A stretch of 23,586 nucleotides of DNA from Candidatus Eiseniibacteriota bacterium. GTDB lineage: Bacteria; Eisenbacteria; RBG-16-71-46; JABDJR01; JAWXBZ01. Below, piece after piece: positions 1-8,349 of the stretch. The stretch spans positions 1-23,586 of the forward strand of contig JAWXBZ010000155.1 in assembly GCA_034440375.1 (NCBI GenBank), in the 5' to 3' direction. The notes below the pieces were generated by a model. The model ran no database searches. It was not told the origin of the DNA and worked only from the letters and a program-made list of their open reading frames with translations. The translations under genes were made by a program, and so were the position numbers. How positions within the stretch are numbered: the stretch's first letter is position 1; each line of letters starts with the position of its first letter.

Positions 1-232
1 GCTGGCCGGCCAGCCATGGCGGTACCTTGGCATGATCGGCAGCCGCCGAAAGGTTCGCGTCGTGCTCGATCGACTACTGGAACAGGGGGTGCCGGCCGCG
101 ACGCTTGAACGGGTGCACGCGCCCATCGGTGTCCCGATCGGATCGCATCGTCCCGAGGAAGTGGCGGTGTCGATCCTGGCCGAACTGGTCGCCATACGGA
201 ATGGCGTTCCGTCACCGGGGCGGATTCGATGA
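1..232 (+). CDS. XdhC-family molybdenum-cofactor insertion/sulfuration accessory protein, C-terminal part (5' end outside window)
   Basis: The frame is open from the window edge to TGA at 230-232. The C-terminal motif ...HAPIGVPIGSHRPEEVAVSILAELVAIRNG is the characteristic XdhC_C tail (hAPiGLdIGa.tPeEIAvSIlAEii). The stop overlaps the next gene start (ATGA at 229-232). Confidence 0.5.
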   Translation, partial: LAGQPWRYLGMIGSRRKVRVVLDRLLEQGVPAATLERVHAPIGVPIGSHRPEEVAVSILAELVAIRNGVPSPGRIR

Positions 233-1071
233 ACGAAATTGCGCTGATCCGCGGTGGTGGCCGACTGGGTACGGCGGTCGCGCATCGGCTTCGCCTGTGC
301 GGTTTTCCGGTGGTAATCGTCGAAGCGGCGCGGCCGACCTTGATCCATCGTCGTGCTTGCCTGGGCGCGGCGATCGAAGAATCTGAACTGACGGTTGAGG
401 GCGTCACGGCTCGCCGCGCCTCCGGCCCTGAGGGGGTAAGGCAAATCCTGGAGGATGGGGCGGTGCCGGTACTGGTTGACCCTGCCGCCGCCATTCGTCA
501 ATCGCTCGTCCCCTGGGTGCTGATCGACGCCATCGGGCTCGATCGAAACGTCGGCACCAGTCGAAACGACGCCCCGATCGTCGTGGCCCTGGGGCCCGGC
601 TTCGCCGCCGGCGTGGACGCGCATGCGGTCGTCGAGTCTCGGGCGAATGTCGACCTCGGCCGGTTTACCACGGACGGTCCGCTCCGCACGGGCGCCATCC
701 CCCTGTCGACCGATGCCGGCTGGCCCTACGGGGCGGGTCTCGTTCTGGCCCCGATCCCCGGCCGCTTCGAGGCCCGCGCGGCGCTGGGAGATACCCTCGA
801 GCCCGGGGTGCTGCTGGGCGTCATCGGCGGCCGGGAGATCAAGGCGCCGAGGGGCGGCCTCGTGGCCGGACTCCTGGCTGACGGACTGTTCGTCGGGCCG
901 GGCATGCGAGTGGCCGACATTGACCCTGGCGGGCCGGAAGGACGCCTTCACGCGATCGACCCCCTGGCGCGCGCGGCGGCCGGCGGCGTTCTTGAAGCCA
1001 TCCTCCATCTGGCGGCACTCGGCCGGGAAGCCGGCCAATCACTGGCCTCGCGTCGCACTGATACGCTCTGA
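229..1071 (+). CDS. YqeB/EF2563-family protein (XdhC-related; family used as a marker of the selenium-dependent molybdenum hydroxylase maturation system)
   Basis: The N-terminus IRGGGRLGTAVAHRLRLCGFPVVIVEAARPTLIHRRACLGAAIE matches the Rossmann-like IRGaGDlasGva.RL...G..V block of this family. Later blocks (LIDAIGLDRNVGT, ALGPGFAAGVDAHAVVESRANVDLGRFT) match the family's AkrNiGT and ViETnRGh.LGRvi blocks. This assignment is from memory of the family, not from a search. Confidence 0.45.
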   Translation: MNEIALIRGGGRLGTAVAHRLRLCGFPVVIVEAARPTLIHRRACLGAAIEESELTVEGVTARRASGPEGVRQILEDGAVPVLVDPAAAIRQSLVPWVLIDAIGLDRNVGTSRNDAPIVVALGPGFAAGVDAHAVVESRANVDLGRFTTDGPLRTGAIPLSTDAGWPYGAGLVLAPIPGRFEARAALGDTLEPGVLLGVIGGREIKAPRGGLVAGLLADGLFVGPGMRVADIDPGGPEGRLHAIDPLARAAAGGVLEAILHLAALGREAGQSLASRRTDTL

Positions 1072-1089
1072 CGCACGATACGCTCTGAC
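1055..1089 (+). repeat. Tandem duplication (about 17-18 bp unit, gcac(t)GATACGCTCTGAC x2) spanning the stop codon of the YqeB-like gene
   Basis: The 13-bp string gatacgctctgac occurs at 1060-1072 and again at 1077-1089, each preceded by gcac(t). The first copy contains the TGA stop (1069-1071). Confidence 0.8.
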
Positions 1090-1122
1090 CATTGCCATCA
1101 GACTAAACGTTGAGTAAACTCG

Positions 1123-1149
1123 TCAACAATCTCAACAATCTCAACAATC
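1123..1149 (+). repeat. Perfect 3 x 9 bp tandem repeat (tcaacaatc)3 lying 31 bp upstream of the Rrf2 start codon; candidate operator/promoter element
   Basis: Direct reading shows tcaacaatc at 1123-1131, 1132-1140 and 1141-1149. A GGAG Shine-Dalgarno sits at 1169-1172 and the ATG at 1180. Confidence 0.85.
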
Positions 1150-1179
1150 GACTGGCGACACGGAGATTGGAGCGAGGGC

Positions 1180-1614
1180 ATGAAGCTGACATCCCGGATC
1201 GACTATGGACTGCGCGCGATGCTCGACCTTGCGCTTCACGCGGGTGGCGGGCCGGTCGCGAATCACGACATCTCGCGCCGCCAGCGGATACCGGAGCAGT
1301 ACCTGAAGCAGATCCTGCCGGCGCTTCGTCGGCAGGGGCTGGTCCGAAGTACGCGGGGACCGACCGGCGGACATCGCCTCGCACGCCGGCCGGAAGAGGT
1401 CACGGTGGCCGAAGTTCTGCGGGCTCTCGAGGGGAGCCTTGAGATAGTGGAAATCGGGAAGGCGGGGAATACCGGAGGCGAGTCAGCTCGAATCCTGGGC
1501 CCTTTCTGGGTTGACCTGGCGCGGACAGTCGAGGTCTTCCTGGAATCGACCACGCTGGACGACCTCTGCCGACGAAAGCGACGCCATGACCAGTCGCTCA
1601 TCTATCACATCTAA
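1180..1614 (+). CDS. Rrf2-family transcriptional regulator, CymR-like (no Fe-S cysteine triad)
   Basis: The N-terminal wHTH signature [18 protein letters not shown] is diagnostic for Rrf2 (IscR/NsrR/CymR). There is a single Cys only (DLCRR), so cluster-less like CymR. It lies immediately upstream of, and overlapping, cysK. Confidence 0.85.
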   Translation: MKLTSRIDYGLRAMLDLALHAGGGPVANHDISRRQRIPEQYLKQILPALRRQGLVRSTRGPTGGHRLARRPEEVTVAEVLRALEGSLEIVEIGKAGNTGGESARILGPFWVDLARTVEVFLESTTLDDLCRRKRRHDQSLIYHI

Positions 1615-2608
1615 CGGGGCGGGTGCCGACGGGCGCCGACAAAGCCTGGAACCGGATCGAGGCGTGACGGCCATCCACGACAGCCTGACCGACCTGATCG
1701 GCAAGACACCGCTTGTCCGATTGCATCGCGTCACGTCGGGTGTCCCCGCGGAGATCATCGTCAAGCTCGAGTCGATGAATCCGATGTCGAGCGTCAAGGA
1801 CAGGACCGGATGGGCCATGATACAGGCCGCCGAGGAATCGGGACGCTTGATGCCTGGCGCCACCATCATTGAAGCCACCAGTGGCAATACCGGCGTGGCC
1901 CTCGCGTTTGTGTCCGCCTCCCGCGGCTATCGGCTGATCCTTTTGATGCCCGATACGATGAGCGAGGGACGCGTCCGGCTCCTGAGCGCCCTCGGCGCTC
2001 GGGTCATTCTGACGCCCGGCGCGCTCGGGATGAAGGGCGCGGTCGACGAGGCGATGGCCCTGGCCGGGACAACTCCGGGCGCCTTCATGCCGATGCAGTT
2101 CGACAACCCGGCCAACCCCGAGGTTCACCGGACGACGACCGCCGAGGAAATTTGGGCCGACACGGGCGGGGAACTCGATGCCTTCGTTTCCGGCATCGGC
2201 ACGGGTGGGACGATCACCGGCGTGGGTGAGGTGTTGAAGTCGCGGCGTCCCTCGATTCGGATCATTGGCGTCGAACCGGCGGAGTCGCCGGTGTTGTCCG
2301 GCGGCGAGGGAGCCCCGCATGACATCCAGGGGATCGGCGCGGGTTTCGTCCCAAAGGTGTTGAACCGTTCGATCCTGGATGAAATCATGACGATTTCCGG
2401 TCCCGAGGCCTACCAGATGGTTCGCCGACTCGCCCGCGAGGAAGGACTGCTGGTCGGCATCTCCTCCGGCGCCGCAGTGACCGCCGCCTTACGGGTGGCG
2501 GCACGCCCTTCCATGCGTGGTCGGCGGATCGTGGCCCTGCTGGCCAGTCATGGCGAGCGGTACCTGGATGTTCCCGGCCTGTACGACGGTGATCGCGATG
2601 ACGGCTGA
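1586..2608 (+). CDS. cysK: Cysteine synthase A (O-acetylserine sulfhydrylase, PLP-dependent)
   Basis: Carries the PLP-lysine block [18 protein letters not shown] and the glycine-rich PLP-phosphate loop [12 protein letters not shown]. The [15 protein letters not shown] block is the TSGNTG substrate loop. The ATG at 1586 was preferred over the ORF-track ATG at 1511 because the homologous sequence begins near ...[20 protein letters not shown] at 1664 is an alternative start. Confidence 0.9.
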   Translation: MTSRSSITSNGAGADGRRQSLEPDRGVTAIHDSLTDLIGKTPLVRLHRVTSGVPAEIIVKLESMNPMSSVKDRTGWAMIQAAEESGRLMPGATIIEATSGNTGVALAFVSASRGYRLILLMPDTMSEGRVRLLSALGARVILTPGALGMKGAVDEAMALAGTTPGAFMPMQFDNPANPEVHRTTTAEEIWADTGGELDAFVSGIGTGGTITGVGEVLKSRRPSIRIIGVEPAESPVLSGGEGAPHDIQGIGAGFVPKVLNRSILDEIMTISGPEAYQMVRRLAREEGLLVGISSGAAVTAALRVAARPSMRGRRIVALLASHGERYLDVPGLYDGDRDDG

Positions 2609-3467
2609 CCGACCCGGACTTGCTGCGCCCCCGGCAGCGGCGGACGAGGGGCTCGTCGAACGCCTCTCCCGGCTGGAATCTATCCTGGCCGGGATGGGGA
2701 CGGTGCTGGTGGCCTACTCGGGCGGCGTCGATTCGGCGTACCTCCTCCTGGCGGCGCATCGCGTCCTCGGCGATGGTGCCGTGGGCGTCCTGGCAGTTTC
2801 ACCCTCGCTGCCGGCGGCCGAACGGGAGGCGGCGATGCGGGTGGCGGGCGAAATCGGCGCGCGCCTTGAAATCGTGGATGCCTTCGAGCACATGAATCCC
2901 GACTACGTGGTCAACAACCCGAATCGTTGCTACTTCTGCAAGACCGAACTGTTCGATGTGGCGGCGCCGGTGGCCGAACGCCTCGGCCTGGCTTCCATCG
3001 CATACGGCGCCAATCGGGACGACCTCGGCGACTTTCGCCCCGGCATGGTGGCGGCCCGGGAGCGGGGGATTCGGGCACCGCTCCTCGAAGCGGACTTGAG
3101 CAAGTCGGACATCCGCGCTCTGGCCCGTGAGGCGGGGCTTTCGATCTGGGACAAGCCGGCCTTCGCCTGCCTGGCCTCGCGCATCCCGCACGGAACGCCG
3201 GTCACACCGGAAAGACTGGCCCGCGTCGAAGCGGCCGAGACGGTCCTGCGCGATTCCGGCTTCCGCCAGTTTCGCGTGCGCGACTTTGGCCGGAAGGCCC
3301 GCGTCGAGGTGGCACCCGAAGATGTCGGACGACTGCTGGCCGAACCGCTCCGGCGTGACGTCGAACGCCGTCTCATGGCACTCGGCTTCATGACGGTGGA
3401 GATGGATCCGGAAGGTTATCGCCCCGGCAAGCTGCACGGTGCGCGCGTGGAGGCTGATCCATCATGA
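2598..3467 (+). CDS. LarE-type PP-loop ATP pyrophosphatase / sulfur insertase (TIGR00268-like) with a CxxC...C triad
   Basis: The PP-loop SGGVDS lies in [15 protein letters not shown]. The LarE-family blocks [13 protein letters not shown] and [12 protein letters not shown] are present. The three Cys (CYFC plus CLASR) match the [4Fe-4S]-binding LarE subtype rather than the single-Cys sacrificial type. ATG 2598 was chosen (ORF-track ATG 2517 would overlap cysK by 90 bp). The 2598 start overlaps the cysK stop by 11 nt, and the stop overlaps the aroDE start (ATGA). Confidence 0.75.
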   Translation: MTADRPGLAAPPAAADEGLVERLSRLESILAGMGTVLVAYSGGVDSAYLLLAAHRVLGDGAVGVLAVSPSLPAAEREAAMRVAGEIGARLEIVDAFEHMNPDYVVNNPNRCYFCKTELFDVAAPVAERLGLASIAYGANRDDLGDFRPGMVAARERGIRAPLLEADLSKSDIRALAREAGLSIWDKPAFACLASRIPHGTPVTPERLARVEAAETVLRDSGFRQFRVRDFGRKARVEVAPEDVGRLLAEPLRRDVERRLMALGFMTVEMDPEGYRPGKLHGARVEADPS

Positions 3468-4966
3468 AGCCGGACCGCAATCTCGTTCTGGTCGTCGCGA
3501 ACGCCGACCCACTGGCGGCACAGCGTCAACTCACCCGTCCTCCGGTCGGCATCGATGCGTTCGAACTCCGAATTGACCGGCTGGCCCCCGAGGCACGGAC
3601 GGCCGGGCGTGTCGCGGAACTCGTCGCGGCGTCGACGCTGCCCGTGGTGGCCACCTGCCGCCCGACGGATGAGTCGGGATTCTTCGAGGGCCCGGACGCG
3701 GCGCGGTGGGAACTCCTGTCGGCCGCGCACCAGGCCGGGGCGGCCCTGATCGACGTTGAATGGAGCCGCCTGCGTGAGGATCGAGCCATGGCCAACCGCT
3801 GGCCGTCGGAACAGCTCCTCGTTTCGCATCACGCAGCCTCCGGGGCGAATCACGTCCTCGAGGACGAACTCCTGGCCATGACTGGTATCAAGGCCGCCGG
3901 TATCAAGCTGGTGGCCAACGCCACCGGTTTCGCGGATTCGATGCGGCTCGTTGAGATGACACGCCACCTGGCGCGTTCCGGTCGCCGGGCCACCTGCTTT
4001 TCCTCAGGTCGGGCGTCCCTGGCCGGCCGTGTCCTTGGCTACCTGGCCGGTGCCTGGCTCACGTATCTGGTGCCGGACGGCGACGACCCGCCGGGCCCGG
4101 GCATTCCAAATGTCTCGATGCTGCTGGATCTGTACCGACTGCCGGCGCAGGGCGACTCCGTCAAACTGCTCGGCCTGGCCGGCTGGCCTCTCGACCACTC
4201 ACTGTCGCCGCGGATGCAGAACAACGTCATCCGTGTGCTGGGTGAGCGCTACATCTATCTGCCATTCGAATCGGAGTCGATTGCCGAGGTGATCGATTTC
4301 GTCCGGCATCATGATGTGCGGGGCCTGTCGGTCACCCGGCCTCACAAGGAATCCGTGGTGCCGCTTCTCGACGGACTCGACGCGACCGCGCGGCAGGCGG
4401 GAGCCGTCAACACCGTCGTGAAGGAGGGGCCACGACTGATCGGGTGGAATACCGATCTCCTGGCCATGCGGTCGATCCTGGGCGAGTGGGGGGCCGGCAC
4501 CCTGGATCGCGCGGTGGTGATCGGCGCGGGCGGGGCGGCGCGCGCCGTCGTGGCGGCGCTGGTCGAACGGGATGTTCCGGTCCTCATACTGAATCGTGAC
4601 GCCATGCGCGGCCGTGCCCTCGCCGACGAATGTCATGCGGAGTACGGCGGGGAACCGTCCGCACTGGGCACCCACCGTGGCACGATCCTCGTCCAGGCCA
4701 CCCCGCTTGGCTCGGGTGGCGAGATTCTCCAGGTGCCGGGAGGGTTTGGCGGTGTGCGGGCGGTGCTCGACCTGGCCTACCGACCGGGCGGTACGTCACT
4801 CGAGATCAGCGCGCGTGACGCCGGCCTGGCGGTGATCAGCGGCCACGACTTTCTGGCCCGACAGGGCGCCGCGCAGTTCGCCCTGTGGACGCGTCGGCTC
4901 GTCGATCCCGGACTTTTTCGGGACGCGCTCAGCGAGGAAACGGCCACCCGCGAGGCCGCGTGCTAG
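3464..4966 (+). CDS. aroDE: Bifunctional 3-dehydroquinate dehydratase (type I) / shikimate 5-dehydrogenase
   Basis: The N-terminal half has type-I DHQase blocks (FELRIDRL; ATCRPTDESGFFEG like tiRt..EGG; LLVSHHA; Schiff-base Lys in GIKLVANATGF). The C-terminal half has AroE blocks (LLGLAGWPLDHSLSPRMQN, SVTRPHKESV, AGAVNTVV, IGWNTD, and the NADP Rossmann VVIGAGGAARAV). Confidence 0.85.
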   Translation: MKPDRNLVLVVANADPLAAQRQLTRPPVGIDAFELRIDRLAPEARTAGRVAELVAASTLPVVATCRPTDESGFFEGPDAARWELLSAAHQAGAALIDVEWSRLREDRAMANRWPSEQLLVSHHAASGANHVLEDELLAMTGIKAAGIKLVANATGFADSMRLVEMTRHLARSGRRATCFSSGRASLAGRVLGYLAGAWLTYLVPDGDDPPGPGIPNVSMLLDLYRLPAQGDSVKLLGLAGWPLDHSLSPRMQNNVIRVLGERYIYLPFESESIAEVIDFVRHHDVRGLSVTRPHKESVVPLLDGLDATARQAGAVNTVVKEGPRLIGWNTDLLAMRSILGEWGAGTLDRAVVIGAGGAARAVVAALVERDVPVLILNRDAMRGRALADECHAEYGGEPSALGTHRGTILVQATPLGSGGEILQVPGGFGGVRAVLDLAYRPGGTSLEISARDAGLAVISGHDFLARQGAAQFALWTRRLVDPGLFRDALSEETATREAAC

Positions 4967-6483
4967 GGCGGGTCGAATTGGAGGAATTGCGCCGACTGTC
5001 CCGCACCGGAAATCTCGTGCCGATCGTCCGCGAAGTACCGGCGGATCTTCTGACGCCGGTCGCGGCCTTTCTCATGATCGAAGGCGCCGATTCCGAATCG
5101 TTCCTTCTCGAGAGTGTGGAGGGGGGGGAGCGACTGGCCCGCTATTCCTTCCTCGGCCGCGATCCATTCCTGTCCGTGACGGTTCGGGGAGGGCATGTCT
5201 CTCTCCGGGATCATCGGGATCACACGTCGAGGGAGTTCGAGAGCGAGGATCCGCTGGCGACACTTCGCGAATTACTGGGGCGATATCGCGCGGCCCGCGT
5301 TCCGGGGCTTCCCCGGTTCACGGGCGGCGCCGTCGGATGGTTCGGCTATGACACCGTGCGGTGGATCGAGGAACTGCCGGAGTCGGCCGTCGACGATCGT
5401 GGACTTGCCGACGTGGAGCTCCGCTTCTTCGACACCGTACTGGCCTTCGACCATGCCAAAGGAAGGCTGCTTCTCATCGCCAATGCCCATGTCGGCGAGG
5501 CCGACGACGAGGCGGCATTCGAGGCGGCAATTGCCGATGCCAATGCACGGATCAAAGCACTCCTGACCCGTCTCTCGATCGGCCCCGGTGCGACGAACAC
5601 CCCCCGCGCGATGCCGCTTCGCGAAGCCGCCGTCACTTTGCCGGCCGATGTCCGCTCGAACATGTCCCGCGCCGCCTTCGAAGCGATGGTCGAATCGGCC
5701 CTCGAACACATCCGGGCGGGCGACATCTTCCAGGTGGTTCTCTCGCAGCGATTCGAGGTGTCGACGGTGTCCCACCCCTTCGACCTGTATCGATCGCTGC
5801 GGGCCATCAATCCCTCCCCCTACATGTACTTTCTCGGCTTCGGCCGGGCTCCGGTTGTAGGCTCTTCGCCCGAACCGCTGGTCCGGGTACAGGACGGGCG
5901 TCTCGAGTACCGCCCGATCGCCGGGACCGTGGCCCGCGGTGTGGATGACGAGGAGGACGAGCGCCGCGCGAAGGAGCTTCTCGCCGACGAGAAGGAACGG
6001 GCGGAGCACATCATGCTGGTCGACCTCGGGCGCAATGACCTGGGGCGCGTGGCCGAACCGGGAAGCGTGGAGGTCACCGACTTCATGGTGGTGGAGAAGT
6101 ACTCGCATGTCATGCATCTCGTATCGCGGCTGACCGCCCGGCTGCGCGCCGATTGCGATGCGCTTGACGCCCTGTACGCCTGTTTCCCGGCCGGCACCGT
6201 GTCGGGCGCGCCAAAGGTTCGGGCGATGGAGATCATCGAGACGCTGGAGCCAACTCGCCGAGGCCTGTATGCCGGGGCGGTTGGGTACGTCGACTTCGCC
6301 GGCAATCTTGATACGGCCATCGCGCTGCGAACGATGGTGGTGGAGGACGGCGTGGCTTACATCCAGGCCGGGGCCGGCATCGTCGCCGACAGCCGACCCG
6401 ACCGGGAGTTTGACGAGACGGTGCAGAAGGCCCGGGCGCTGGTGGTCGCCATCGAACGGACCTGCCCGGGCGGGGGGGACTGA
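4960..6483 (+). CDS. trpE: Anthranilate synthase component I
   Basis: Carries the chorismate-binding enzyme signature region: LVPIVREVPADLLTPVAAF at the N-terminus, then FQVVLSQRFE, PSPYMYFLGFG, GAVGYVDFAGNLDTAIALRTM and IQAGAGIVADS. Start assigned to GTG 4960, which overlaps the aroDE stop by 7 nt and is preceded by GAGG. The ORF-track ATG at 4885 would overlap aroDE by 82 bp. Confidence 0.9.
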   Translation: MLGRVELEELRRLSRTGNLVPIVREVPADLLTPVAAFLMIEGADSESFLLESVEGGERLARYSFLGRDPFLSVTVRGGHVSLRDHRDHTSREFESEDPLATLRELLGRYRAARVPGLPRFTGGAVGWFGYDTVRWIEELPESAVDDRGLADVELRFFDTVLAFDHAKGRLLLIANAHVGEADDEAAFEAAIADANARIKALLTRLSIGPGATNTPRAMPLREAAVTLPADVRSNMSRAAFEAMVESALEHIRAGDIFQVVLSQRFEVSTVSHPFDLYRSLRAINPSPYMYFLGFGRAPVVGSSPEPLVRVQDGRLEYRPIAGTVARGVDDEEDERRAKELLADEKERAEHIMLVDLGRNDLGRVAEPGSVEVTDFMVVEKYSHVMHLVSRLTARLRADCDALDALYACFPAGTVSGAPKVRAMEIIETLEPTRRGLYAGAVGYVDFAGNLDTAIALRTMVVEDGVAYIQAGAGIVADSRPDREFDETVQKARALVVAIERTCPGGGD

Positions 6484-6484
6484 C

Positions 6485-7138
6485 GTGGCCAACCGTGTTC
6501 GCATCAAGATTTGCGGCCTGACCACGTTGGCGAATGCGCGCCAGGTAGCCGAACTCGGCATAGAGGAGATCGGATTCAACTTCTTCCAGCCGAGCCTGCG
6601 CTACCTGGATCCGCTTCTGGCCCGGGATATTGCCCGCGGCCTCCCGCCGGAGGTGCGTCGCGTCGGCGTTTTCGTCAACGCAACGGCGGCCGTCGTCGAC
6701 CAGATCAGTGAGCTCGTCGGACTTGACCGCGTGCAACTTCACGGTGAGGAGAGCCGGGAATTCTGCCTCGCCCGTCCACGCACCGTGATCAAGGCGTTTC
6801 GGTCGTCACCCGATTTGTCGCTCGAGGTTCTGGAGTCGTTTCGGGACCTTCCGGTCCTGCTCGACGGGTATCATCCCGGGCTTCACGGCGGCACCGGACA
6901 ACAGGCCGACTGGGTCATGGCTCGTCGAATGGTTGACGCCGGGTTCCGACTCTACCTGGCTGGCGGGCTTGGGCCCGACAATCTGGCCGACGCGATTGCC
7001 ACCGTTCGCCCCGCCGTTGTTGATCTGAACAGCGGTGTGGAGTCGGCGCCGGGATTGAAGGATATTGGCCGGGTGGCGGCGGCGATCGAGGTCGTGCGCG
7101 AAGCCGGGATCGCGTCGGCCGGAGAACGGAAGCCATGA
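6485..7138 (+). CDS. trpF: N-(5'-phosphoribosyl)anthranilate isomerase
   Basis: [10 protein letters not shown]...[18 protein letters not shown]...VGVFVN...DRVQLHGEE is the PRAI pattern. GTG at 6485 sits 1 nt after the trpE TGA and is preceded by a G-rich Shine-Dalgarno. The ORF-track upstream extension (6158) lies inside trpE and was rejected. Confidence 0.8.
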   Translation: MANRVRIKICGLTTLANARQVAELGIEEIGFNFFQPSLRYLDPLLARDIARGLPPEVRRVGVFVNATAAVVDQISELVGLDRVQLHGEESREFCLARPRTVIKAFRSSPDLSLEVLESFRDLPVLLDGYHPGLHGGTGQQADWVMARRMVDAGFRLYLAGGLGPDNLADAIATVRPAVVDLNSGVESAPGLKDIGRVAAAIEVVREAGIASAGERKP

Positions 7139-8349
7139 CGAACTTGACCGATTCCGACGACCGGCGGCCCGACGCGCGGGGCTATTTCGGCCCGTATGGC
7201 GGCCGCTTCGTGCCGGAAACGTTGATGGCCGCCCTCGAGACACTGACCGCCGAATATGAGGCCGCAAGGCGGGACCCCGACTTCCTCGGCGAGCTGGAGC
7301 GTGAGTTGATCAGCTTTGCCGGGCGGCCGACGCCTCTCGATCCGGCACCGCGGCTGTCGGCCGCCTGGGGCGGCCTCGACGTCTGGCTGAAGCGGGAGGA
7401 TCTCCTTCACACCGGCGCTCACAAGATCAATAACACGATCGGCCAGATCCTCCTGGCACGACGAATGGGGAAGACGCGGATCATCGCCGAGACCGGGGCC
7501 GGCCAGCACGGCGTCGCCACCGCCACCGTGGCCGCCAAGTTCGGCCTGCCGTGCGTCGTCTACATGGGGGAGGAGGATGTCCGGCGGCAATCGCTGAACT
7601 ACTTCCGGATGAAACTTCTCGGCGCCGAAGTCGTGCCGGTGACCTCGGGTAGCCGGACGCTGAAAGACGCCACGAACGAAGCGATCCGCGATTGGGTGAC
7701 CAATGTGCGCGACACGTTCTATATCATCGGCTCGGTGGTCGGCCCGCACCCGTACCCGGTGATGGTCCGCGATTTTCAGTCAATCATCGGCCGCGAGGCC
7801 AGGGAGCAAATGCTGGCAGAAACCAGCCGGTTGCCCGACGTGGCTGTGGCCTGTGTGGGCGGCGGCTCGAACGCCATCGGACTCTTTCACGCCTTCGTTC
7901 CGGATGAATCGGTGCGTCTGGTCGGGGTGGAGGCGGCGGGGCACGGTGTCGACACCGACCAGCACTCCGCCACGCTGACCCTTGGCACCCCGGGAATCCT
8001 GCACGGGGCGCGTTCGTATCTGCTGCAGGACGACGACGGCCAGGTGCGACTGGCTCATTCCATTTCGGCCGGCCTCGACTACCCGGGCGTCGGTCCGGAG
8101 CATGCGTTTCTGAAAGACACCGGTCGGGTGCACTACGCGACGGTCACGGATGACGAGGCTCTTTCCGCTCTCCAGGAAACGGCGCGGCTCACCGGCATCA
8201 TTCCCGCACTCGAAACGGCGCACGCCTTCGCCTGGCTCCGGCGCGAGGGGCCATCACTCGGGCGTGGCACGACGGTGGTTGTCTGTTTTTCCGGCCGGGG
8301 CGACAAGGACGTGCCCCGGGTGGCCGAAATCCTCGGCGGTGGCGCATGA
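7135..8349 (+). CDS. trpB: Tryptophan synthase beta chain
   Basis: [36 protein letters not shown] (PLP lysine) and [11 protein letters not shown] identify trpB. The start overlaps the trpF stop (ATGA). Confidence 0.95.
   Translation: MTNLTDSDDRRPDARGYFGPYGGRFVPETLMAALETLTAEYEAARRDPDFLGELERELISFAGRPTPLDPAPRLSAAWGGLDVWLKREDLLHTGAHKINNTIGQILLARRMGKTRIIAETGAGQHGVATATVAAKFGLPCVVYMGEEDVRRQSLNYFRMKLLGAEVVPVTSGSRTLKDATNEAIRDWVTNVRDTFYIIGSVVGPHPYPVMVRDFQSIIGREAREQMLAETSRLPDVAVACVGGGSNAIGLFHAFVPDESVRLVGVEAAGHGVDTDQHSATLTLGTPGILHGARSYLLQDDDGQVRLAHSISAGLDYPGVGPEHAFLKDTGRVHYATVTDDEALSALQETARLTGIIPALETAHAFAWLRREGPSLGRGTTVVVCFSGRGDKDVPRVAEILGGGA

Noticed and set aside
5121-5128. A G8 homopolymer inside trpE (codons E-G-G-E) and a G7 tract at its 3' end (6470-6476), considered as phase-variation/slippage tracts.
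   Set aside because: Both are in frame in a housekeeping biosynthetic gene of a G-rich genome. There is no reason to invoke contingency-locus behaviour, so they are most likely incidental. Noted only because they are error-prone in sequencing.
6158-6484. The ORF-track start for trpF at 6158, giving a 326-aa protein. Analogous long upstream extensions exist for trpE (4885), larE-like (2517) and cysK (1511).
   Set aside because: The extensions run deep inside the preceding genes in another frame and have no homology to the respective families. Conserved N-termini begin near GTG 6485, GTG 4960, ATG 2598 and ATG 1586.
5272-6579. A 435-aa ORF on the minus strand antisense to trpE. Similar long antisense ORFs are 1598-2320 (-), 13844-15169 (+, 441 aa), 17426-18880 (+, 484 aa), 18990-20549 (-, 519 aa), 16240-17370 (+), 21173-22084 (+) and 22322-22834 (-).
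   Set aside because: All lie opposite genes with unmistakable conserved-family signatures (trpE, cysK, gcdH, typA and others). They are Arg/Pro/Gly-rich as expected for off-frame translation of about 67% GC DNA and show no recognisable motifs, so they are high-GC frame artefacts.
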